Shown: positions 38,660-50,315, counted from the stretch's first letter. The stretch is 64,000 nucleotides of DNA from Alphaproteobacteria bacterium (GCA_965232515.1 CBDDPY010000002.1:128001-192000); one strand, 5' to 3'. Numbers and translations: made by a program. The notes: generated from the sequence alone by a model not told the origin.

Positions 38660-39718
38660 ATGTCCGCGTTGAGTGCTGATGCCGGCCAGCCGGGGGGCTG
38701 GCTCAATCCGTCCTGGTCGAACTGGCGGCCGCCACTGTTGGCTGCGTTGGTCATCGTGCCGGGATCGGTCTTTGTCCTGCCGCTAGACATCGCGTTCTGG
38801 GTCAGTCTCGCCGCCGTGGCGCTGGTCGCTTTAACGGCCGTGGTGAACGCCTGGGGCAAGCACAACGGACCATTGCTGGTGGCGCCGGCGCTGGCGCTGC
38901 TGTTCGTGATGAACATCTTCCCGCTGATGTGGTCGTTCGGCCTCAGCTTCTATCACTACCGCGCCAACCGCTTGGCGCCGCCGCGCTTCTCCGGCCTCTA
39001 CTACTACGAAAAGGTCTTGAGCGATCCCGCTGTCTGGGAGCGATTGCAGACCACGGCGCTGGTCGTCCTACTGACGGTCGGCGCGCAAATGATTGTCGGT
39101 TTCCTGCTGGCGCTGCTGTTCGAGAAGGAGTTTCCGGGCCGCCGCGTGTTGCTGATGCTGGTGCTGACGCCGATGATGTTGAGCTATGTCGCCGTCGGCG
39201 CCTTCTTCCGGTTCTACTACGAGCCGACCTTCGGCCTGCTGAGCCAGACCGTCAAAGCGTTCACCGGCGAGACCTTCATCCTGCTCGACTCCACCGCGGG
39301 CGCGCTTGCCGGCATCGTCTTCGCCGACGCCTGGATGTGGTCGCCCTTCGTCATGCTGTTGGTGCTGGCAGGGCTGGTCAGCGTGCCGAAGTATCTTTAC
39401 GAGGCGGCCGAGATTGACCGGGCGTCCTGGTGGCGGCGCTTCCGCACCATCACGTTCCCCTACATCCGCGGCCTGCTGTTGCTGGCGCTGCTGTTCCGAA
39501 CCATCGAGGCCTTCAAGCTGTTCGACATCGTCTTCCTGCTGACCGACGGCGGGCCCGGCACCTCGACCGAGACCATCGCCGTCTTCGTCTACCGCATGGC
39601 GTTTCAGTATTTCCGGACCAGCCAGTCCTCGGCGCTGGCCTACATCCTGCTGTTCATCGTCATCGTATTGACGAACCTCTATCTCTATTTCGTGCGCCAG
39701 CGCGCGCAGGAGGCCTGA
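38660..39718 (+). CDS. Carbohydrate ABC transporter permease
   Basis: ADAWMWSPF, YEAAEIDRA, FKLFD, GGPGTSTET. Confidence 0.92.
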   Translation: MSALSADAGQPGGWLNPSWSNWRPPLLAALVIVPGSVFVLPLDIAFWVSLAAVALVALTAVVNAWGKHNGPLLVAPALALLFVMNIFPLMWSFGLSFYHYRANRLAPPRFSGLYYYEKVLSDPAVWERLQTTALVVLLTVGAQMIVGFLLALLFEKEFPGRRVLLMLVLTPMMLSYVAVGAFFRFYYEPTFGLLSQTVKAFTGETFILLDSTAGALAGIVFADAWMWSPFVMLLVLAGLVSVPKYLYEAAEIDRASWWRRFRTITFPYIRGLLLLALLFRTIEAFKLFDIVFLLTDGGPGTSTETIAVFVYRMAFQYFRTSQSSALAYILLFIVIVLTNLYLYFVRQRAQEA

Positions 39719-39721
39719 GCG

Positions 39722-40597
39722 ATGGCGCGATCACGGGAACGACGCGGGGTGGGCAAGGCCGGCTGGCTGTGGACCTGCGGGACCGCTGTCGTGTCGTTCT
39801 GCTATTTCTTCCCCGTGCTCTGGATCATCCTGACGGCGTTCAAGACCCACAACGACGCGCTGGCGATCCCGCCGAAGTTCTTCTTCACGCCGACGCTGGA
39901 GAATTTCGTCGGCGTGTTCAGCCGCGCCTATATCAAGGGCCAGGCGGCGGTCAATACCGGCTTCGATCTGTTCTTCTTCAACTCGGTCTTCATCGCCGGC
40001 TCCAGCGTCATCGTGGCGCTGATCCTGGGCACGCTCGCCGCCTACGGCTTCTCGCGCTATCCGCTCAAGGGCAACGACACCTATCTGTTCATCATCCTGA
40101 CGACGCGCATGCTGCCGCCGATCGTCGTCATCATCCCGATCTTCCTGATGTTCCGCGTATCGGGCCTCAGCGGCACCTATCTCGGCATCATCCTGCTCTA
40201 TGCCGCCTTCAACCTGCCGTTCGCCGTCTGGATGATGAAGAGCTTCTTCGACGAGCTGTCGCCCGATGTCGAAGACGCGGCGCGTGTCGACGGCAGCTCC
40301 GACCGCCGGGTGTTCTTCAAGATCTGCCTGCCGCAGGTCAAGGCCGGACTGGCCGCGACCGCCGTCTTCGGCCTGATCCTGACCTGGAACGAGTTCCTGT
40401 TCGCGCTGCTGCTGACCGGCGTCGAGACGCGAACCGTGCCGGTGGCCATGGCGCAGACCATCGGCGGCGACATCGGCGTGCGCTGGGGCCTGCTGGCGGC
40501 GATCGAAACCTTGTTCCTGATTCCGGTGATCGTCGTCGTCTTCCTGCTGCAGAACCATCTGCTGCGCGGCGTCACCTTCGGCACGATCAAGCGCTGA
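39722..40597 (+). CDS. Carbohydrate ABC transporter permease
   Basis: AAYGFSR, NLPFAVW, EDAARVDG, WNEFLFA. Confidence 0.92.
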   Translation: MARSRERRGVGKAGWLWTCGTAVVSFCYFFPVLWIILTAFKTHNDALAIPPKFFFTPTLENFVGVFSRAYIKGQAAVNTGFDLFFFNSVFIAGSSVIVALILGTLAAYGFSRYPLKGNDTYLFIILTTRMLPPIVVIIPIFLMFRVSGLSGTYLGIILLYAAFNLPFAVWMMKSFFDELSPDVEDAARVDGSSDRRVFFKICLPQVKAGLAATAVFGLILTWNEFLFALLLTGVETRTVPVAMAQTIGGDIGVRWGLLAAIETLFLIPVIVVVFLLQNHLLRGVTFGTIKR

Positions 40598-40611
40598 GGG
40601 ACAGAGACGGT

Positions 40612-41691
40612 ATGTCGACCATCGAGCTCACTGGCCTGACCAAGCAGTTCGGTCCGCTGACCGCGGTCAACGATGTCGATCTGGATGTTGGCGCCGGCGA
40701 GGTCGTCTGCCTGCTCGGACCGTCGGGCTGCGGCAAGACCACAACCCTGCGCATGATCGCCGGCCTGGAATCGGCGACATCAGGCGACGTTCGCATCGGT
40801 GGCAAACGGGTCAACGAGCTCAGTCCGCGGGCCCGCGATGTGGCCATGGTGTTTCAGTTCTACGCGCTTTATCCGACGCTGTCGGTGGCGGAGAACCTGG
40901 CCTATCCGCTGCACGCCGAAAGAATGCCGCCGCCGGAGATCGCGGCACGGGTGCGCCGGGTCAGCGAGATCCTGCATCTCGACGAGGTTCAGCACCGCCT
41001 GCCGGGCCAGTTGGCGGAAGGCGAGAAACAGCGGGTGGCGGTCGGCAGGGCGATCATTCGCGACCCCAGCTGTTTTCTGTTCGACGAGCCGCTGAGCCGT
41101 CTCGACGTACAGCTGCGCGAGACCATGCGCGGCCAGATCAAGGAGGTCCTAGCAGGGCTCAGCCGCGCCACTGTCATCGTCACGCACGATCAGCTCGAGG
41201 CGCTGACCATGGCGGACCGCATCGCCGTGATGCGCGACGGCCGCATCGAGCAGTTCGCCTCGCCGCATGACATCTTTGCCAAGCCGGCGAACCTGTTCGT
41301 CGCCGGCTTTATCGGCACGCCGCAAATGAACCTGCTGCCGGCCACGTTCATCGGCCGCGACGGCGAGGTCGGGCGCTTCCAGACCGGCGGACAAGAGGTC
41401 GCCATGGCGATCAACGGCGCTGATTTGTCAGCGGACGATCCGGTGACGCTCGGCATCCGGCCGCGCAGCCTGCAGCTTGCCTCGGAAGCGCGTGCCGACA
41501 CGATGTCGGCCGTTGTCGATCTGATCGAGCCCATGGGCGCGGAGACGTTGCTTCACCTTGTCGAGGGCGAACAGGAGTTACGGGTCGTGGTCGACCACCG
41601 ATCCGAGCCGGCGGTGGGTGAGCGCGTGCATGTGGCGCTCAGACCTGAGCAGACGCATTTCTTCGACCGGCTGGAACGGCGGATCACGTGA
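40612..41691 (+). CDS. Carbohydrate ABC transporter ATP-binding protein (degenerate signature)
   Basis: GPSGCGKTT, LAEGEKQR in place of LSGGQ, LFDEP, VTHDQ. Real start is ATG 40612, not 39430. Confidence 0.92.
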   Translation: MSTIELTGLTKQFGPLTAVNDVDLDVGAGEVVCLLGPSGCGKTTTLRMIAGLESATSGDVRIGGKRVNELSPRARDVAMVFQFYALYPTLSVAENLAYPLHAERMPPPEIAARVRRVSEILHLDEVQHRLPGQLAEGEKQRVAVGRAIIRDPSCFLFDEPLSRLDVQLRETMRGQIKEVLAGLSRATVIVTHDQLEALTMADRIAVMRDGRIEQFASPHDIFAKPANLFVAGFIGTPQMNLLPATFIGRDGEVGRFQTGGQEVAMAINGADLSADDPVTLGIRPRSLQLASEARADTMSAVVDLIEPMGAETLLHLVEGEQELRVVVDHRSEPAVGERVHVALRPEQTHFFDRLERRIT

Positions 41692-42002
41692 TGGCCGAGC
41701 AACCGAACGATCCCGGCATGACACGCCGCCAGGCGCGCGCCATCGAATGGGGCATCATCGCGTTGTGTCTCGTGTCGCTGATCTTCATCTTCCAGCCGTT
41801 CACGATGCCGCTGTTCAGCATCGGCGCCGGGCTGGTCGTGCTGGGCGGCCTGATGTTCAATCTGGTGCCGCTGTGCCGGCCGGGCGTGCCGTTGCGCAGC
41901 GTCATCAACGCCGCGGCGATCGTGTTCGGCATACTTGTTGTCGCCATCGGCCTGGCGATCGGCTCGGCCGAGCTCTACGCCATCTATCTTCGCAGCGCCT
42001 GA
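41688..42002 (+). CDS. Small membrane protein of unknown function
   Basis: Three hydrophobic segments; start overlaps the ATPase stop; lies within the operon. Confidence 0.75.
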   Translation: MMAEQPNDPGMTRRQARAIEWGIIALCLVSLIFIFQPFTMPLFSIGAGLVVLGGLMFNLVPLCRPGVPLRSVINAAAIVFGILVVAIGLAIGSAELYAIYLRSA

Positions 42003-42015
42003 CGGAAACCCAGCC

Positions 42016-42957
42016 ATGAGCCACGATGTCGCCTGTGTCGGCTTGATGATCCTCGATGTCCTCGGACGGCCGGTTGAACGCATCCCGGACGGCGGCAACG
42101 TCGAATTCATCGACGAGATCCGGCTGACCGTCGCCGGGACGGCCGGCGGCACGGTGATCGACTGCGCCAAGCTGGGCCTGAAGTCGCTGGCCGTCGGGGC
42201 GGTCGGCGACGACGAGAAGGGCGACTTCGTCCTCGATACCTACAAGCGCTTCGGCATCGACACCTGGGCCATGCGGCGGGTCGACAACGCGCCGACCTCG
42301 GCGACGATCCTGAACGTGCGGCCGAACGGCGACCGGCCCGCCCTGCACGTGCGCGGCGCCTCCGATCACATGTGGGTCGACGAGGCGGACTACGACCGCA
42401 TCTGTGCCGGGCCCTATCTGCACATGGGCGGCACGGGCCTGCTGAACCGCATCGACGGCGCGCCGACGGCCGCATTGCTGAAAGCGGCGAAGGCGCGCGG
42501 CTGCACCACGACATTCGACCTGATCGCGCCCGGCGATGGGATCCTGGCGCTGGTCGAACCCTGCCTGCCCTATGTCGACTATTTCATGCCGAGCATGGAG
42601 GAAGCCGCCGAGATCAGCGGCCGTGACGATCCGACCGAGATCGCCGCGTTCTTTCGCGACCGCGGCGCCACCACCTGCATCTTCAAGTGGGGCGAGAAGG
42701 GTTCGTTCCTGGCGACGCCCGACGGCAGCCAGCGCATCCCGGCCTTCAAGGTCGAGGTGACGGACACGACCGGTTGCGGCGACGCCTACTGCGCCGGCTT
42801 CATCGCCGGCCTGGCCCAGGGCTGGGACATCGAGAAGGCCTGCCGCCTCGGCACGGCGGCGTCCGGCCTGGTCGCCACCGGCCTTGGCTCGGATGCCGGC
42901 ATCGTCAACCTCGACCGGACGGTCGAGGTGATGGAGACCGCCCCGACATTGCCTTAG
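42016..42957 (+). CDS. PfkB-family carbohydrate kinase
   Basis: AGTAGG, GAVGDDEKG, FKWGEKG, DTTGCGDAY. Confidence 0.93.
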   Translation: MSHDVACVGLMILDVLGRPVERIPDGGNVEFIDEIRLTVAGTAGGTVIDCAKLGLKSLAVGAVGDDEKGDFVLDTYKRFGIDTWAMRRVDNAPTSATILNVRPNGDRPALHVRGASDHMWVDEADYDRICAGPYLHMGGTGLLNRIDGAPTAALLKAAKARGCTTTFDLIAPGDGILALVEPCLPYVDYFMPSMEEAAEISGRDDPTEIAAFFRDRGATTCIFKWGEKGSFLATPDGSQRIPAFKVEVTDTTGCGDAYCAGFIAGLAQGWDIEKACRLGTAASGLVATGLGSDAGIVNLDRTVEVMETAPTLP

Positions 42958-43009
42958 CGGCGGTCATAGGTTCACGACACCCGTCCTTCAACGGGACGGC
43001 CTCTTGCCT

Positions 43010-43095
43010 GAATTACCGGGTCAAGCCCGGTAATGACGAAAGGGGGCACTTCATAAGCCCAATCCGTCATGCCCGGGCCTTGACCCGGGCATCCA
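43010..43095. repeat. Pair of inverted REP-like palindromes
   Basis: gaattaccgggtcaagcccggtaatgacg (43010-43038) and cgtcatgcccgggccttgacccgggcatcca (43065-43095) between convergent genes. Confidence 0.7.
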
Positions 43096-43142
43096 GGGCA
43101 ACCAGATACCGACGTCTCCGGACCAGCGTTGCAGCTGGGTCG

Positions 43143-44420
43143 CTATTCCGCCGCCACCTGCGCCGCTGCGCGCTCGGCTGATGGGCGCTTGTGGAAGGCG
43201 CCGTCCTTCATGATCGCGATCAAGTTGTCGGCGTCCTGCAGGATCGTCACGTCCGCCAGCGGGTTGCCGTCGACCAACAGGACGTCGGCGAGATAGCCCT
43301 CCTGGATCTGGCCGAGCTCGTCGCCCATCATCATGATCTCGCCGCCATGCTTGGTCGCCGCCACGATGGCTTCCATGGGCGTGAACTCGAGGTATTTCAC
43401 GAAGTGCTCGAGGTCGCGGGCGTTGTTGCCGACCGGGTTCCAGGCGAAGCCGTAATCGCCGCCCGGCAGCACGCGGACGCCGCGCTGGCGCAGCTGCTTC
43501 ATGTTCTCGACCGCCATGCCGAGCTCGCGGCGCAGGCCGAGGTCGGTGGCGACCTCCTCGGTGATGCCCCAGTCGCCGGCCTCGTAGAGGGTGGTGATGG
43601 TGATGCCGATCGTCGGCGACACGAACACCCGATCCTTCGCGGCCTCGAGTGCGTCCAGCGCCTCCTCGTCGCACATGGTCGCGTGATAGATGATCTGGGC
43701 GCCGTGCTTCAGACAGAGCTTCACCGACTCGGCGCTGCGGCAATGGCCGGCGATGCGCTTGTCGCGGCTGTGCCCGACCTCGCAGACGGCCGCGATCTCG
43801 GCCTCATTCATCACGGTCTGATGCGCGCGCGCCACCGGCACAAACTCGTCGCCTGACGGATTGATCTTCAGCGTGTCGACGCCTTCGCGCACCATCTCGC
43901 GCGCCGTCCGGCGGAACTCATCGGGCCCGTCGCAGACGAGAGCGAAGGTATCGCGGTGCATGTGCCAGAGCCGCACGTCGCCGAGGCCGCCTGAGACCGT
44001 CAGCTCAGGCGTTGCCGCCAAGGTCCGTGGCCCCGGAATGTCGCCGGCGTCGATGGCGTTGCGGATGACGACGTCCAAACGCGGTTTCGCCGCCGCCGCG
44101 CTGTTGCAGCTGGTGAAGCCCTGATCAAGCATCAGCTTGGCGTGCTTCATGGTCAGCAGCGTGTGTTCCTCGGCCGGTATCGCGCCGAGCGATTCCAGGT
44201 CGGACGTGTTCGCGAACGACAGGTGCGAGTGCGACTCGACCAGTCCCGGCATCAAGGTCGCGCCGCCGCCGTCGACGACCTCGCCGCTGTCGCGCGGCAG
44301 GCTCTCGCCGTCCTTGGCGATCTTCTGAATGCGGTTGCCGTCGACCAGCACCTCGCCGGTATAGGGATCGGCGCCGCTGCCGTCGAGAATGCTGACATTG
44401 GTGAAAAGGGTGCGGCCCAT
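43143..44420 (-). CDS. Metal-dependent amidohydrolase family protein
   Basis: LMPGLVESHSH, GVDTLKI, GHCR, IYHAT, GGDYG, GYLADVLLVDGNP; RBS GGAGG before ATG 44420. Confidence 0.9.
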   Translation of the reverse strand: MGRTLFTNVSILDGSGADPYTGEVLVDGNRIQKIAKDGESLPRDSGEVVDGGGATLMPGLVESHSHLSFANTSDLESLGAIPAEEHTLLTMKHAKLMLDQGFTSCNSAAAAKPRLDVVIRNAIDAGDIPGPRTLAATPELTVSGGLGDVRLWHMHRDTFALVCDGPDEFRRTAREMVREGVDTLKINPSGDEFVPVARAHQTVMNEAEIAAVCEVGHSRDKRIAGHCRSAESVKLCLKHGAQIIYHATMCDEEALDALEAAKDRVFVSPTIGITITTLYEAGDWGITEEVATDLGLRRELGMAVENMKQLRQRGVRVLPGGDYGFAWNPVGNNARDLEHFVKYLEFTPMEAIVAATKHGGEIMMMGDELGQIQEGYLADVLLVDGNPLADVTILQDADNLIAIMKDGAFHKRPSAERAAAQVAAE

Positions 44421-44602
44421 CGCTGTATCCTCCCGTTGAACCTGGCGCAGATAACTGCTGAACTTATGATTATTGGCGTCAGTGTAGCGCCGATCCGGAC
44501 CCAGTTGAAGCTGGACCGCATGCCGCGGTCCGACACGCGTTTCCAGTGCGAGCCGCCGTCCGCGCGCATTCGATCGCGCGCCAGCCAAGGGAAGGAATCA
44601 CG

Positions 44603-45706
44603 ATGCAACTCGGCCTGTTCAGCATGCCCCTCCATCATCCCGACCGGGATTACCTTACCGTCCTGAAGGAGGATCAGGAGGCGGTCATTCTGGGCGACAA
44701 GCTGGGTTTTTCCGAGGCCTGGATCGGCGAGCATTTCAGCACCGCGCCCGAGGGCATCACCTCGCCCTTCGTCTTCCTGGCGTCCGTGATCGAGCGCACC
44801 AAGAACATCCGCCTCGGCACCGGCGTCATCAACCTGCCGCAGCAGCACCCGGCGATCGTCGCGGGCCTCGCGGCCATGTTCGACCAGTTGAGCGAAGGCC
44901 GGCTGATGTTCGGCATCGGGCCGGGCGGCCTGCCGAGCGACTTCGAGCTGTTCAAGAATACCGACGCCGCCGAGCGGCCGAAGATGATGGCCGAGTCCAT
45001 CGACATGATCCTGCAGATCTGGGCACAGGATCCGCCTTACGAGATCAAGGGCGATTATTGGGACATCTCGTTGACGGAGGCGATCTGGCCGGAGCTCGGC
45101 GTCGGCCGCATGGCGAAGCCCTATCAGAAGCCGCACCCGCCGATCGCGGCCTCGATCATGAGCCCGTTCTCCAGCAGCGCCCGCCGCGCGGCGGAACGCG
45201 GATGGATCCCGGTCTCGGCCAATTTCATTCCCGCCAACAACGTCGCCAGCCACTGGCAGGTCTATGCCGAGACCTGCGAGCAGGCGGGCCGTGCGGCCGA
45301 CCCGTCGATCTGGCGCGTCGCGCGCAGCATCCTGGTGACCGAAAGCGACGCTCAGGCCGAGGACTACGTGAACCAACCCGACGGCGTCTTCAATTTCTAC
45401 TTCACCTATCTCCTGACGCTGCTGAAGGCGGGCGGCGCGCTGGCGCTGTTCAAGACCGATCCCGACATGTCGGACGACGACATCACCGTCGAGAGTGCGA
45501 TCGCCGAGATGGTGATTGCCGGCAGCCCGAAGACCGTCCTCGACAAGCTGATGGCGTTCCGCGAGGCCGTCGGCGACTTCGGCACGTTGCTGATGACCGG
45601 CCACGACTGGGATGACGCGGCGCTGTGGCGGCGGTCGATGGAGCTGCTGGCGACCGACGTGGTGCCCCGCATGGGCGACAGCGGAGCAAGCCGCGCGGCG
45701 GAGTGA
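44603..45706 (+). CDS. LLM-class (luciferase-like) flavin-dependent oxidoreductase
   Basis: LGFSEAWIGEH, IRLGTGV, GRLMFGIG, PYQKPHPP, IAGSP. Confidence 0.92.
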   Translation: MQLGLFSMPLHHPDRDYLTVLKEDQEAVILGDKLGFSEAWIGEHFSTAPEGITSPFVFLASVIERTKNIRLGTGVINLPQQHPAIVAGLAAMFDQLSEGRLMFGIGPGGLPSDFELFKNTDAAERPKMMAESIDMILQIWAQDPPYEIKGDYWDISLTEAIWPELGVGRMAKPYQKPHPPIAASIMSPFSSSARRAAERGWIPVSANFIPANNVASHWQVYAETCEQAGRAADPSIWRVARSILVTESDAQAEDYVNQPDGVFNFYFTYLLTLLKAGGALALFKTDPDMSDDDITVESAIAEMVIAGSPKTVLDKLMAFREAVGDFGTLLMTGHDWDDAALWRRSMELLATDVVPRMGDSGASRAAE

Positions 45707-45774
45707 CACGGCCTGGCGTTTTCGTGCTAGACGAACACGTAAGCCAAGAATGAGCTGTTGGGAGGCGTAACGCC

Positions 45775-46586
45775 ATGCATCGGGTACTGATTACGGGCGC
45801 GGCCGGCGATATCGGCGGCCGCATGCGGGAGCTGCTGCGCGGTGTTTATCCCGTGCTCCGGCTGTCGGACATCAAGGACGTCGGCCCGGCGGGCGACGGC
45901 GAGGAGGTGGACCAGACCGATGTCCGCGATTTCGCCGCCGTCGAAAAGATGATGCAGGGCGTCGACGGCGTCTTCCACCTCGGCGGCATTCCCATCGAGG
46001 ACAGCTGGGAGAACATCCTGCCGAATAATATTGTCGGCGTTTACAACGTCTTCGAGGCGGCCCGGCGGCAGGGCGTGAAGCGTGTCGTCTTCGCCAGCTC
46101 CAACCACGCCATCGGCTTCTATCCGCGCAACCGCCGGATCGACCACGACAATCACGTGCGCCCCGACAGCCGCTACGGCCTGTCGAAGGCGTTCGGCGAG
46201 GCCATCGGTTCGCTCTACGCCGACAAGTACGGCCTGCGCGTGATGTGCATCCGCATCGGCAACGCGGCGGATGAACCAGCCAACAAGCGGCGTTTGAGCA
46301 TCTGGATCAAATACGGCGATCTGGCCCAGCTTGTGCGCATCGGGCTGGAGCATCCGGAACTGCACTACGAGATCGTCTACGGCGCCTCCGACAACGAGCT
46401 GAGCTGGTGGGACAACGCGGCGGCCTACCGCCTCGGCTACAAGCCCGAGGGCGTGGCCGAAGAGCATCGCCAGGCCGCCATGGCGCGCGAAGCCGAGGCG
46501 CCGGAAGGCGACCTCGCCGACATGTTCATGGGCGGGCCGTTCTGCGCCGACGAATTTGCCGGCGACCTGGCGCGGGCGCTGAAGCC

Positions 46587-46590
<4 letters not shown>
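45775..46590 (+). CDS. NAD-dependent epimerase/dehydratase family, uronate dehydrogenase-like
   Basis: TGAAGDIG, RLSDI, FASSNHAIG, RPDSRYGLSKAFGE, IRIG, YGASDN..WWDN...LGYKP. Confidence 0.85.
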
Positions 46591-48314
<1,724 letters not shown>

Positions 48315-48331
48315 GGCGTGGCGCAACGGCC

Positions 48332-49582
48332 TTAGGTCAAGGTCGTCGCCAACTGCGCCAATCCCAGCGGGACGGACAGAAGATCGTCGGCGCTGCCGAC
48401 CATAGGGGCGGCTGGCGCTGCCCGTCCGATTGCGGCGCTGACGGCTGGCACGCGGCTCGAACCGCCGGTGAGAAAGATCGCATCGATATCGGTCGGAGTA
48501 AGGCCCGCCGCCGCGACGCATGCGCTCGCCGTCTCGCGCAGCCGATACGTCATGGCGTCGATGGCACGGTCGAACTCGGCGCGCGTCGCAGGCGCCGAGA
48601 GGCCGGCCTCGAGAAACGCGAGAGGCATGGACGTACAGTCCTCGGCGCTCAAGGCGATTTTGGCGCTCTCTACCGCGAACGCCAGGCGATGGCCGAGCCG
48701 TTGGCGCACAACGTGGAGAAGGCGTTTCACTTTTTCCGGCTCGCGCGCCTGAGAGACCAGCCTTGCGAGTTCGCGCTCATTCTTGTGGGTATAGGCGAAG
48801 TTGACCGTCGCCCAGTGCGCAAGCTCGTTATAGGGCGAGATCGGCATCGGCAGCTCTTTCTCGTTAAGCCGAGTGCCAAGGCCAAGCAGTGGCATCACCG
48901 CCTTGAGGCTGAGGGCCGTGTCGAAGTCGGTGCCGCCCAGGCGCACGCCGGCGGTCGCGAGCACGTCTTGTTCGCGATCGGCGCGGTCGCGCACCGGCGG
49001 ACTGACACGGACGATTGAAAAGTCGCTTGTGCCGCCGCCGATGTCGGCGACGAGCACGAGTTCCTCTCGCTCTACCGTCTGTTCGTAGCGTTGGACGGCC
49101 GCGATCGGCTCATACACGAAGACGATGTCGCGAAAGCCCGCCTGTCTGGCAATGCCTTCGAGCACCTCCTGGGCTCGCGCGTCAGCCCGGTCATCGTCGT
49201 CGAAGCGCACCTGCCGGCCATGCACGACAGCCGTGATTTCCTGTCCGGCGAACGCTTCGGCCCTGTGCTTCAGATGCCGCACGAATATCTCGACGACCTT
49301 CGTGAGCGGCAGTCCGCGGCCGCCGACGCCGGCTTTCTCGTCAATCAGGCTAGAGCCCAGGATCGACTTCAGCGCCCGCATCAGTCGGCCATCGATCTGC
49401 GCGACATAGGCGGCGATGGCCTCATTGCCGAACAGCACGCGATTTTCTGTTTCGTCGTCGAAAAAGATTGCGCTCGGTATCAAGGTGCTCTTCGCCTCGA
49501 CCGGCGCCAACGCGGCGGTCCCGTTACAGGCGATGCCGATCGCCGAGTTCGACGTCCCGAAATCCAATCCGCAAGCGATCAT
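48332..49582 (-). CDS. Hsp70-family actin-like ATPase lacking the substrate-binding domain (YegD-like)
   Basis: GLDFGTSNS, GRLMRALKSILG, EPIAA, DIGGGTSDF, GGTDFD, LTGGSS; about 416 aa. Confidence 0.88.
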   Translation of the reverse strand: MIACGLDFGTSNSAIGIACNGTAALAPVEAKSTLIPSAIFFDDETENRVLFGNEAIAAYVAQIDGRLMRALKSILGSSLIDEKAGVGGRGLPLTKVVEIFVRHLKHRAEAFAGQEITAVVHGRQVRFDDDDRADARAQEVLEGIARQAGFRDIVFVYEPIAAVQRYEQTVEREELVLVADIGGGTSDFSIVRVSPPVRDRADREQDVLATAGVRLGGTDFDTALSLKAVMPLLGLGTRLNEKELPMPISPYNELAHWATVNFAYTHKNERELARLVSQAREPEKVKRLLHVVRQRLGHRLAFAVESAKIALSAEDCTSMPLAFLEAGLSAPATRAEFDRAIDAMTYRLRETASACVAAAGLTPTDIDAIFLTGGSSRVPAVSAAIGRAAPAAPMVGSADDLLSVPLGLAQLATTLT

Positions 49583-49677
49583 CACGGTCCCCTTTCAAAT
49601 TCGAAGGGGATCTCATTTATTGCGATATGGAAGGCGTTGCCAGACTGTTTCTTTTTCCCTAAACTCCGTCACGACAG

Positions 49678-49710
49678 GGGCATGCGCGGCAATCGCGCAC
49701 GCCCTTTTTT
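49678..49710 (+). terminator. Intrinsic terminator-like hairpin with U-tract
   Basis: gggcatgcgcg-gcaat-cgcgcacgccc followed by tttttt. Confidence 0.55.
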
Positions 49711-49817
49711 GTGGACGCGATCTAAGCGTTACCGGCGAACGTCCCCGCCATTCCGCGACCCCGCCGCGCGGAAACCGCTTCCGGCGACATCAGGCATTTT
49801 GGGTCAGTCGCAATGGA

Positions 49818-50062
49818 CTGGCACCGGACGGCTGCATCATCAAGCCGAGCGCGGCCAGCGACGAATTGCTGAAGCACACCGGGCGCGCCGTCGTGTTCCG
49901 CGACTACAACGACATGGCTGCACGGCTCGACGCCGACGACCTCCACGTCACGCCGGACTCGATGCTGGTGCTGCAGAACTGCGGGCCGCTCGGCGGACCG
50001 TGCATGCCGGAATGGGGCATGCTGCTGATCCCGAAGAAGCTCCTGAAGCAAGGCGTGCGCGA
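49818..50062 (+). pseudogene. Internal fragment of an IlvD/Edd dehydratase gene, diverged copy of 47742-47986
   Basis: 245-bp gap-free alignment, 26 mismatches by hand count (about 89% identity); lacks both ends of the gene. Confidence 0.9.
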
Positions 50063-50315
50063 AGATGGTTCGAATAAGGTCGGGTCATGCAAGCTGGCCT
50101 CCGATGCCAGCAACCAGCTTGAACCACATCTCAACCCTTCCGGGAATCTCCTTTCAATTCCATCAAGACCGGAAACGCTCTGGTAGCGGCATTAGAGTGC
50201 CAATTGATGAAATGTTATCTCGTGCAGATAGGTGAGCTTTATGCCCATGATTGTTGTGGTCCTATGTACTCAATCCCTTTTTATGTTGCTACTAGCTCGC
50301 AGATTTCGCCATACT

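Noticed and set aside
39430-40611. Long N-terminal extension of the 753-aa ORF
   Set aside because: Overlaps two real permease genes in another frame; the ATPase starts at 40612.
49416-50186. 256-aa ORF as a functional dehydratase
   Set aside because: Only about 81 codons match the dehydratase; the rest is unrelated and overlaps the YegD-like gene.
50157-50186. attccatcaagaccggaaacgctctggtag as the end of a miniature inverted-repeat element
   Set aside because: Only one possible arm is visible, with no partner or second copy in the window; needs a genome-wide search.
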